Shown piece after piece: positions 1 to 6,860 of a stretch of 12,975 nt of DNA (within the stretch, counting starts at the first letter, position 1; each line of letters begins with the position of its first letter). Under the pieces are notes generated by a model. It was given only the letters and a program-made list of their open reading frames with translations. It searched no databases and was not told where the DNA came from. Source of the stretch: Candidatus Aegiribacteria sp. (GTDB taxonomy: Bacteria; Fermentibacterota; Fermentibacteria; Fermentibacterales; JCC-6); NCBI GenBank assembly GCA_046498225.1, contig JAWOBF010000008.1, positions 1 to 12,975 of the forward strand, given 5' to 3'. The position numbers and the translations under genes are program-made.

Positions 1-389
1 AAGATCAACACTCTGTCAGAAGGCTGGCTCCCGGCGGAGAATTCAAGGTCCAGCAGGGGTTTCTCACCCCTCATCAGGGCCCGGTCGAATCCCTCCGGAA
101 TGGTGAGACCGAGGTTCGCGTTGTTGTTCCGGACCCTTTCCGCCAGCTCCTCTCCCGAACTCACCCTGGTGAGGTCTACCTCTCCGGACTCGTTGAGAGT
201 TCCGGTTACTTCGGAGAAGCCCATGTCGAAGACGGTTATTCTCGGTTTCGGGTCCAGGAGGGTTACGAAAACCACCTGCAGCAGGAAGGTGATGGCGAAG
301 GGCATGACGACAAGCCAGAGAACCGCCGGCGAACGGATTCCCGACGTCACTCCGCCGCGAATGAGCCGAAGGACGCGCCGGCAGTTCAC
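1..389 (-). CDS. ABC-2 type transporter permease (second permease; N-terminal part only, runs off the window)
   Basis: Not in the ORF track; read by hand. GTG at 389-387 overlaps the TGA stop of the upstream permease (GTGA). The frame is open to the window edge: MNCRRVLRLIRGGVTSGIRSPAVLWLVVMPFAITFLLQVVFVTLLDPKPRITVFDMG...NANLGLTIPEGFDRALMRGENP. One N-terminal TM helix followed by an extracellular domain, paralleling the upstream permease (AGLAFPSDFPEGLAAG). Confidence 0.85.
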   Translation of the reverse strand, partial: MNCRRVLRLIRGGVTSGIRSPAVLWLVVMPFAITFLLQVVFVTLLDPKPRITVFDMGFSEVTGTLNESGEVDLTRVSSGEELAERVRNNNANLGLTIPEGFDRALMRGEKPLLDLEFSAGSQPSDRVLI

Positions 390-1516
390 AGGGACCGGAC
401 CTTTCTTCTGAGAAGCAGAAGCGCCGCCGCAAGCAGAACTGCGTCCCACGCAAGGGTGCTGACAAGGTGAGGGGCCGCATGACCCCACCCCGCACCTCCG
501 CCCAGCACTCCGGTCATGGCCTGAACCAGCCCGTAGGATGGCAGCAGCCGCACCACAAGGGCGGGTCTTCCGGGAATGAGGGCTGAGAAGGCCGGGATCA
601 TGAGGGGTACGATGAGCAGGATGCCGAAGAACATAGTCCCCATGAAGTCCCTTCCTCCGGTCCCCGCCAGCATCCCCACAGCAGAGGCCATAACAGCGCC
701 GAGTATCATCAGGGTGGATACCAGCGGCCAGTCGAACGAGAAAGCTCCGGTGGCCAGCAGGAAGAGAAAGGCCTGAGCAGCCGCGAGCAGGATACCGGTG
801 ATGCACTTGGCCGCCAGGAAGTCCCCGCAGGCGGCCGGTGTTACCAGTATGGCGGAAGCCGTTCTGTGTTCGACCTCCGTGGAAACAAGTCCCGCCAGCG
901 CAAGCGCCTCCACGAGAAATATCATTATGACAAGCAGGGGCCTCATTCGCTGCTTGGCCGGTATGGGCCCGTCGTAGTCCGCGCTCTCCCCGAGCAGGGA
1001 CATTGCGTCCGGCAGCTCCACCGGGAGGGCCTTCAGCGGGTCTTCTCCCCTCAGCACCGCCCGGAAAGCGTACCCCATCTCCCGCACACCGCTCTCCACG
1101 GCCCTTCGAAATTCCGGCGGGACGGAGGCGGGGAGGTATACCATGATCTCCTCGGAACGGCCGGCGGCCAGTCCTTCCGGAAAATCCGAAGGGAAGGCGA
1201 GCCCCGCGGATATTTCTCCGTCCGAATCGCTTCCAGCCGCTTCCGCCAGCCCTTCCGGGGATGGGAAACCGGTCACCTCGAACCCGGTCGGTCCGAGGTC
1301 GCCGGCCGCGGTGGAAAGCAGGGACGCCATCCGTTCCGGATAGACCCCCAGGACGACCCTCTGTTCCACTTCACCGGGCAGCAGCAGGAAGACCAGTATC
1401 ACGATTATCAGAGACAGTGGCGTCAGTAACATCCACAGACGGTCACGGGAGAACTCGAGAAGGTCCTTTCTTACAATGGCGGCAATCAGCGATGACCGCC
1501 GGGGGGCGGTTCTCAA
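386..1516 (-). CDS. ABC-2 type transporter permease
   Basis: 376 aa. 'IVRKDLLEFSRDR' N-terminus, one TM helix, an extracellular loop, then about 5 TM helices with 'EVEHRT..ILVTP....FLAAK', typical of ABC-2 permeases. TTG start overlaps the ATPase stop (TTGA). Confidence 0.9.
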   Translation of the reverse strand: MRTAPRRSSLIAAIVRKDLLEFSRDRLWMLLTPLSLIIVILVFLLLPGEVEQRVVLGVYPERMASLLSTAAGDLGPTGFEVTGFPSPEGLAEAAGSDSDGEISAGLAFPSDFPEGLAAGRSEEIMVYLPASVPPEFRRAVESGVREMGYAFRAVLRGEDPLKALPVELPDAMSLLGESADYDGPIPAKQRMRPLLVIMIFLVEALALAGLVSTEVEHRTASAILVTPAACGDFLAAKCITGILLAAAQAFLFLLATGAFSFDWPLVSTLMILGAVMASAVGMLAGTGGRDFMGTMFFGILLIVPLMIPAFSALIPGRPALVVRLLPSYGLVQAMTGVLGGGAGWGHAAPHLVSTLAWDAVLLAAALLLLRRKVRSL

Positions 1517-2373
1517 GCGCCCAGCCCCCTGCCGGTTATCTCCACGAATATCTCTTCCAGGGTGGCTTCCTCGGTATGTATCGTGAGGAGTTCCTCTGAA
1601 CCGGCCAGCTCTCCTATCCTTTCGGCCGCGCCGGGAGTTCCCAGCTGGACCGTCTCCTCCCGGACACTGTCGCCGGACCCCAGTCTTATTCTGACGGACC
1701 GGCTTCCGTACTTCAATTTAAGAGCCTCCGGAGTGTCCACCGCGTGCAGGACGCCATCGGCAATGAAGGCCACCCTTTGGGAGAGCTGGTCCGCTTCCCA
1801 CATGTCGTGGGTAGTGAGCAGCACGGCCGCGCCATTCTCGGCCCGCTCCCTTATTATTTCTCTCAGCGTTCGGCTGGATACAGGGTCCAGGCCGTCGGTG
1901 GGTTCATCGAGGAACAGGATGTCCGGGTCGTTGATGAGTGCCCGGGCCATCATGAGCCTCTGTTTCATTCCCTTGGAGTAACTGCTTACCCTGTGGTCGG
2001 CCCTCTCGGCCAGGTCCACCTTCCTGAGCAGACCGCCGGCGTCAAGGTTTCTGATGCCGAAAAGGGAGCCGAAGAATTCCAGATTCTCCCTGGCGGTCAT
2101 GTTGAGGTATAGGTTCTTCTCCTCGAAACACACCCCTATCCGGCCCTGAAGCTCCGGGTCATCCATGGACATTCTTCGGCCAAGGACGGTCACCGAGCCG
2201 GTATCCGGCCTGAGCTGACCGGTAAGGATCTTGATGGTGGTGGATTTGCCCGCGCCGTTGGGACCGAGGAACCCCAGGATCTCTCCCGGGCCTACGTGGA
2301 AACTGATTCCGTCCACAGCCTTGATGTCGCCGTAGGAGTAGCTCAGGTCCTCAGCCTTCAGGGCCGGCTCCAT
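1513..2373 (-). CDS. ABC transporter ATP-binding protein (ABC-2 / DrrA-like exporter)
   Basis: Walker A GPNGAGKST, signature variant YSKGMKQR, Walker B ILFLDEPT, H-loop LLTTH, C-terminal TLEEIF motif; SD AGGAGG upstream of the ATG. Confidence 0.96.
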   Translation of the reverse strand: MEPALKAEDLSYSYGDIKAVDGISFHVGPGEILGFLGPNGAGKSTTIKILTGQLRPDTGSVTVLGRRMSMDDPELQGRIGVCFEEKNLYLNMTARENLEFFGSLFGIRNLDAGGLLRKVDLAERADHRVSSYSKGMKQRLMMARALINDPDILFLDEPTDGLDPVSSRTLREIIRERAENGAAVLLTTHDMWEADQLSQRVAFIADGVLHAVDTPEALKLKYGSRSVRIRLGSGDSVREETVQLGTPGAAERIGELAGSEELLTIHTEEATLEEIFVEITGRGLGA

Positions 2374-2421
2374 TCGACCTCCTTTTCCCCAAGTCTGGAA
2401 ATGCCCGAGGCGTTATTCCGT

Positions 2422-2453
2422 ATTATACTCGTCATGAAAGCGCGCGCTAGAAT
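2422..2453. promoter_or_regulatory. Divergent promoter region between the ABC operon and the secreted protein
   Basis: Perfect TATAAT on the minus strand (2427-2422) and TAGAAT on the plus strand (2448-2453) in a 120-bp divergent gap; no convincing -35 hexamers. Confidence 0.4.
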
Positions 2454-2493
2454 CGCATAAGGGGTTCCGTACCGTCCGGGAAGGGAGAAGACC

Positions 2494-3387
2494 ATGGTCA
2501 TTATGTTTGCTCTGGCAGTCATTCTTGCGGGAAGCTCCGGTGATAAGCCTGCGGAGCCGGAGTACCTTCCGGTTCCCCTGGAGACTCCCCCTTTCCAGTA
2601 CACCCTCAACCGGGAAGCCCTGGAGTTCCTCACCCTGGAGCTTATGGAGTGCGAGGAGAACGGTATAACGGATTACGGGGAATGGTTCGACTACATCATC
2701 GGCTGGCCGGCGATAACATACCACAACGGGGGTTCCAACGATGCCATAAGGGGCAGCTATCCTCCGGATATGGTCCCCCCTGTCCTTCCGGTCCCCGGCG
2801 GCTACCGGTTCCACCTGTACATGGTCATATACGGCAATGAGAAAACGCTGGCTTTCTACGGCTCCGAGCCGAACAGGTACGATGTCATCCTGGACCCGAG
2901 GGTACTGATGGTCATGGACTTCTATACCTTTGAGCCGGAGTTGATCCTGGATTTCCAGACATATTCGCATTCTCCGGAGGACAGGGAGGAGGAATCGGAC
3001 TTCCTCTTCCAGCAGCTGCGATGGGCGGATGTTCAGCAGGGTGTGCTTTACGTGTCCACCGCCCACAGGACCTACTCCGCAAGCTCCGGCGGGCTGAACG
3101 CCTACATAACGGCCATCGACCTGAATACGCTGGAAATCCTCTGGAGAAGCAGGCCGCTGGTGGCCGGCAGCGAGAATTTCCTGATAGAGGGGGACACCAT
3201 CATATCGGGGTACGGTTTCACGGGCGAGGACGATTATGTCTACCTGCTGAACAGGCTCACCGGGGAAGTGATGGAATCCCGCAGCGTCCCGTCCGCCCCG
3301 GAGTATTTCTACCGCGATGAGGACCGTCTATACGTGAGGTGCTACGGGCACGACTGCGTTTTCGAGGTGCTTCCGGCTCGCCGGTGA
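2494..3387 (+). CDS. Secreted hypothetical protein with PQQ-like beta-propeller repeats in the C-terminal half
   Basis: 297 aa. Hydrophobic N-terminus (MVIMFALAVILAG), purine-rich SD (GGGAG), propeller-blade motifs 'ITAIDLNTLEILWRS' and 'YVYLLNRLTGEV'. Confidence 0.75.
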   Translation: MVIMFALAVILAGSSGDKPAEPEYLPVPLETPPFQYTLNREALEFLTLELMECEENGITDYGEWFDYIIGWPAITYHNGGSNDAIRGSYPPDMVPPVLPVPGGYRFHLYMVIYGNEKTLAFYGSEPNRYDVILDPRVLMVMDFYTFEPELILDFQTYSHSPEDREEESDFLFQQLRWADVQQGVLYVSTAHRTYSASSGGLNAYITAIDLNTLEILWRSRPLVAGSENFLIEGDTIISGYGFTGEDDYVYLLNRLTGEVMESRSVPSAPEYFYRDEDRLYVRCYGHDCVFEVLPARR

Positions 3388-3449
3388 ACTGAAGAGCGGG
3401 AACCAATTCTCCATTTCAGTGCTATATCTTTGTGAAGTCACAGGTACCA

Positions 3450-3541
3450 ATGGCTGACGGACCGGCAGAAGGATGAAGGCGGTTTCGGTGCAATCCCGAA
3501 ATCCCCCTCCCCGTCGGATTCCCGCCGGGTCCGTCAGCCAT
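3450..3541. ncRNA. Candidate structured RNA: 92-nt rod-like hairpin
   Basis: Perfect 14-bp inverted repeat ATGGCTGACGGACC (3450-3463) / GGTCCGTCAGCCAT (3528-3541), further inner pairing, and apical stem TTTCGG (3483-3488) / CCGAAA (3496-3501) with a 7-nt loop TGCAATC. Family not recognised. Confidence 0.45.
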
Positions 3542-3609
3542 CATCAATGCCACAGATTCCCACGGGGAACCTCATAAGGATTCAGGCGTTATAGATATGC
3601 AGACAGCAG

Positions 3610-3753
3610 CCCCGCCGGGGCGGAACCGGACTTGCGAGACACGGTTGGTATTTCTCCTCCTCTCGAGAACTGACTGAAAAGCAGACCGGAACTCCTTCGG
3701 CGGGGCCCGCAACTGAAGCAACCGCCCCGGCGGACATCCCCGCCGGGGCGGTT
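3610..3753. repeat. Three-copy GC-rich element: 14-nt direct repeat plus an intervening inverted copy
   Basis: CCCCGCCGGGGCGG at 3610-3623 and 3738-3751. The complementary AACCGCCCCGGCGG at 3720-3733 forms a 14-bp hairpin with 3740-3753, or a 12-bp helix with 3612-3623. Confidence 0.85.
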
Positions 3754-3772
3754 CCGCGTTCACCCCCTCGGC

Positions 3773-3802
3773 TTGACTCACGCCTCGAGCATAATCAATA
3801 AT
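3773..3802 (+). promoter_or_regulatory. Putative sigma70 promoter for the small PPC lipoprotein gene
   Basis: TTGACT (3773-3778), 18 nt, AATAAT (3797-3802). Confidence 0.45.
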
Positions 3803-3892
3803 TCGCCTGGATTGAGGATTGAAAACGCAGTATGAGCGTTCTGCCCGGGGAGAAGAGCAGAACACCGCTGTTTACCATACGGGAGGTTGACG

Positions 3893-4315
3893 ATGTCAGC
3901 GTTATCGCTCAGAGCCGCTCTGATCATCACACTGCTCACCGCTGCCGCTATGCTGCCGGGCTGCGGGGGGGAAGAGGGAGCTGCTGAAAACACCGGTATC
4001 ATTGAACAGAGGGGAAGCATAGGAAGCGGAGATTCGACGGACCCGGACCATATGAACCTGCCCTACGACGGGTTCACCTTCCGGGCGGAGCCCCTGGACT
4101 CCGTTGCGCTGGTAGTTAGTGCCGACGGCTTCGTTCCCATGCTGAAGCTCATGGAGGTTTCCACCGGCGCGGTCCTGGCGGAATGGGATTCGGAGTACGC
4201 GGATGCGGATCATCTTTCCTACATCACAGCATCTCCCGGGTCTTACGAGGCCAGGGTCTACGCCACCTGCGGCGGAGAAGGGGATTACACCCTCACCATA
4301 TCCATCTCCAACTGA
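3893..4315 (+). CDS. Lipoprotein with a single PPC-like (pre-peptidase C-terminal) beta-sandwich domain
   Basis: Start moved to ATG 3893 (SD GGGAGG at 3881-3886). Lipobox LPG-C. PPC-like pattern 'YDGFTF..E..DSVALVVSADGFVPMLKL...SPGSYEARV....GEGDYTLTI'. Confidence 0.8.
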   Translation: MSALSLRAALIITLLTAAAMLPGCGGEEGAAENTGIIEQRGSIGSGDSTDPDHMNLPYDGFTFRAEPLDSVALVVSADGFVPMLKLMEVSTGAVLAEWDSEYADADHLSYITASPGSYEARVYATCGGEGDYTLTISISN

Positions 4316-4344
4316 AAAGGAAGGGCGGAGCCGAAGCTCCGCCC
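4314..4344 (-). terminator. Rho-independent terminator of the C25 peptidase gene (between convergent genes)
   Basis: Minus strand GGGCGGAGC-TTCG-GCTCCGCCC (9-bp stem, UUCG tetraloop; 4344-4323) followed by TTCCTTTTC. Confidence 0.85.
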
Positions 4345-4365
4345 CGCCGCTGAATTACGGAATGC

Positions 4366-6777
4366 CTACTGGCAGACCACTACCCTGCGGGTGGTGATCC
4401 TGCCTGCGGGGTCCGTGGAACGGATCATGTAGATGCCCCTGGGGACATCCTCCGTATTCCAGGTGAGGGTGTGAAGGCCTGAGTCGAGGTCTCCGGAATG
4501 CACGGTGGCCACCGCCCTGCCCGCCGTGTCGTAGACCGTCAGGTCGAAACTGCCTCCCTCGGCCAGTGATACCGGAATGGAAAGCAGTCCGGACACCGGG
4601 TTGGGATGGGGCATCCCCACGTATGTCTCTACTCCTTCCGTACCGCCCTCCACGCTCACTCCGTTGAGGATGCCCTCTTCGGGAAGCGCGTTGTGGGCTG
4701 TGGCCATCCAGCTTACATCGCTGAGGTCGCCCACCGGGTCGAAGGTAAGGGTAACGTATCCGGTGGAGTCGGTGACACCGCTGACCCATAGTTCATCATG
4801 GCTCATGCAGACCAGGGCGTTGTAGACGCCGCCCTCCGAATCCTCCACCAGGAAGGTGGCGCTGGTGGCGCCCTGCTGCAGCTGGTAGGGGGGGTCGACG
4901 TAGAGGTCGTGGGGAACTTCCGTCCTCATGTCCATGGTGGGGTCCCCGAACCAGTGGAACAGGTCCCAGGTCACTTCAGCGTACCATTCCCAGCTTCCGT
5001 AGGGATTGAAGGGGGCCGCGGTAAGCATCTCCGTCTTGGCGCTGGTCAGCGCCTGTCCGGCCAGGTAGTTCCCGGTGGGATCGGTGTAGAGGAAGGGAGG
5101 GCTGGTGAACTCATCGTTGAAAGCCCTGTAGTGGCCGTAGGTAAGGTAGTCGTTGAAGTAGCTGTAGCTCACTTCGGTGGCGGCCATCACTCCCACCGCC
5201 CCTCCCTCCATACGGAAGAAGTTCTCGGCGAAGCAGTCGGAGGAGAATTTACCCGTGAGGCAGTTGGTGCTCATGACCATGGGGGTCATCTCCCCGTTGG
5301 ACAGGCCGGAGAGGTCGCCGATGTAATAGGAAGGGTCACCCCAGCCGCTGACGCTGCCGTGATCCCGGTGCTGGACCAGGAATACCCCGCCGTTTATGGA
5401 TTCGTTTATTCCGGCGGCGTTCCCGTCCCAGACTATGTCGGAGGGAACCATCTGCCCGGCGCTGGGAAGGTCGTTCCTGTAGTAGTAGGGAGGCTGCTGG
5501 CTGGTGTCCTTGACGTATTCCCGCTGAACGGTCTTGCCGTATATGTTCATGTACGTGTCCCGGACGCTCTCCAGGGTGAAGCAGAACCATCGGGTGGCAA
5601 CCGTGCCCCCGTTGGTCTGTATCTGACCGGCGGTAAGAGCGTTTCCCCAGAAGTCCGGGTCCATCAGCGGGTCGAACTGCCACTTGAGTATCTTGCTTTC
5701 AACTATAGGGTAGTGGCTGGTAGGGGTGACGAACCTGGAGTGGAAGATGTCCGACAGGTAATCGTCCCCGTCCACGCAGACGTACCTGTTGTCGCTGTAG
5801 AAGCCCGTGGAAGAGTTGTAGCTTATCAGGTCCTCGTGGTCGCCGACGAAAAGTACGAAGCTGGGAGGAAGCTCCCAGTTGTCGTAGGCGTTCTGTATGT
5901 AGTCCTTGATCTGGGTCTGGGTCCAGCTTCCCGCCGCCACGATGGCGGTCAGGTAGCCCTGGTTCATCTTGGCGGTGATGAAATCGTCCATCATCGTGTC
6001 GACGAAGTCGTCGCCGGCAATTATAAGGAGGTCGGCGGCATCGATCTCGAGGGCCTGCCTGATATTGGAAGCCCGGGCCGGCCGGGCCGAAGCCGCGCTG
6101 TGGGATGCCGCGGGCTCGCCCAGTACCTCGGCGTTCACCAGGGTCCTGAAACTGTTCATGAAGAATCTGCTGAGCAGCCTGGGGTCCGTTTGGACACTGC
6201 CGCCAAGGTCCACTGTCACCCGGAGTCTGGGGTATACCGTCAGCTCTCCGATCTCCGCTTTCCAGCTGAACGGGATAACTGTGAACCGGCCGAGATCGAC
6301 TCCTCTCAGCGTTCCTATCTCCCTGCAGGCAGCGGACTCTTCAGGGTAGGTTCCGTCGCTGTAGGCGTCGGGAAGGTAGGTGAAGGGGACGGGTTCCCGG
6401 GAGCTTTCTTCAGGAATGGGCTGCATCGGCGACGGTGTGAAGTTACTGAATACCACCGGTTCGGCCAGGGGCTGAACATCGATGGAGATATCGGGGTTGC
6501 CGGGCAGCGCCGCGAGGAAGGATGCCTGGGGGAGCATGGGAGCTCCCTCGGCGTCGGCGTACGGGGTGAGCGCCGGCACGGAGAGTACGCTGAAGGTCAT
6601 ACCTTCCTCGGTGATCTGGTTATGGAAGAAACCCGGGAGCGTGATCTCCACCACGAAGCCCGAAGGGCTGCATTCCAGAACTTCCAGGTCCGCCTGGCCG
6701 GTGTCGGTGGTGCCGAAATCCACCCATTCGGCCCAGACCAGTGAGGACAGGATCAAAAGGCAGAACAAATACTTCAT
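4366..6777 (-). CDS. Gingipain-like cysteine peptidase (family C25) with propeptide, Ig-like domain and T9SS/FlgD-like C-terminal domain
   Basis: Start moved to ATG 6777 (SD GAGGAG at 6787-6782); signal peptide MKYLFCLLILSSLVWA. C25 propeptide motifs (GAPMLP, YP, 'GTLRGV...VIPF'). Catalytic-domain motifs 'IKDYIQNAY', 'FVLFVGD', 'SDNRY..VDGDDYLSDI', catalytic His in HRDHG, Cys in STNCLTG, 'CFAE', 'GGAVGV.AAT', 'FGDP'. C-terminal 'PNP...LTVYDTAGRAV...G.H.L.W...PRGIYMIR'. Confidence 0.93.
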   Translation of the reverse strand: MKYLFCLLILSSLVWAEWVDFGTTDTGQADLEVLECSPSGFVVEITLPGFFHNQITEEGMTFSVLSVPALTPYADAEGAPMLPQASFLAALPGNPDISIDVQPLAEPVVFSNFTPSPMQPIPEESSREPVPFTYLPDAYSDGTYPEESAACREIGTLRGVDLGRFTVIPFSWKAEIGELTVYPRLRVTVDLGGSVQTDPRLLSRFFMNSFRTLVNAEVLGEPAASHSAASARPARASNIRQALEIDAADLLIIAGDDFVDTMMDDFITAKMNQGYLTAIVAAGSWTQTQIKDYIQNAYDNWELPPSFVLFVGDHEDLISYNSSTGFYSDNRYVCVDGDDYLSDIFHSRFVTPTSHYPIVESKILKWQFDPLMDPDFWGNALTAGQIQTNGGTVATRWFCFTLESVRDTYMNIYGKTVQREYVKDTSQQPPYYYRNDLPSAGQMVPSDIVWDGNAAGINESINGGVFLVQHRDHGSVSGWGDPSYYIGDLSGLSNGEMTPMVMSTNCLTGKFSSDCFAENFFRMEGGAVGVMAATEVSYSYFNDYLTYGHYRAFNDEFTSPPFLYTDPTGNYLAGQALTSAKTEMLTAAPFNPYGSWEWYAEVTWDLFHWFGDPTMDMRTEVPHDLYVDPPYQLQQGATSATFLVEDSEGGVYNALVCMSHDELWVSGVTDSTGYVTLTFDPVGDLSDVSWMATAHNALPEEGILNGVSVEGGTEGVETYVGMPHPNPVSGLLSIPVSLAEGGSFDLTVYDTAGRAVATVHSGDLDSGLHTLTWNTEDVPRGIYMIRSTDPAGRITTRRVVVCQ

Positions 6778-6815
6778 AATGCTCCTCTGCAATGTAAACG
6801 GGAAAACTCACGATG

Positions 6816-6844
6816 ATTATACCCCCGGGTAGAGTGGAAGTAAA
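6816..6844 (-). promoter_or_regulatory. Sigma70-type promoter of the C25 peptidase gene
   Basis: Minus strand TTTACT (6844-6839), 17 nt, TATAAT (6821-6816). Confidence 0.65.
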
Positions 6845-6860
6845 GGCAAAATCAAGCCGC

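Noticed and set aside
64..495. 143-aa minus-strand ORF from the track
   Set aside because: Wrong frame; the real gene here is the permease starting at GTG 389 in another minus frame.
3470..3620. Cobalamin riboswitch, SRP RNA, RNase P or tRNA identity for the intergenic structure
   Set aside because: Only isolated fragments match (T-loop GGTGCAATCCC, TGCCACAGA, TCAGG...AGCAGC). Required cores (GGGAA plus B12 box; GNRA helix 8 spacing; GAGGAAAGTCC; cloverleaf) are missing.
3610..3753. CRISPR array
   Set aside because: Only two 14-nt direct copies with an inverted copy between them; no regular repeat-spacer periodicity and no cas genes.
3745..3767. T-box antiterminator-like GGGGCGGTTCCGCG
   Set aside because: Lacks the invariant UGGN-ACC bulge and a stem I with AG/GNUG boxes; the downstream gene is not amino-acid related.
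3572..3865. 97-aa minus-strand ORF (and 3778-4020) across the structured intergenic region
   Set aside because: Low-complexity R/P-rich translation with no clear SD or domain; the region is better explained by RNA structure and promoter elements.
4798..6744. 648-aa plus-strand ORF
   Set aside because: Antisense shadow of the C25 peptidase; V/G/E-rich composition typical of reverse frames in high-GC genes, with no motifs.
4366..6777. Calling the C25 protein PorU or naming it rgp/kgp
   Set aside because: Size and propeptide-catalytic-Ig-CTD layout fit a generic gingipain-like enzyme; specificity and orthology cannot be determined by eye.
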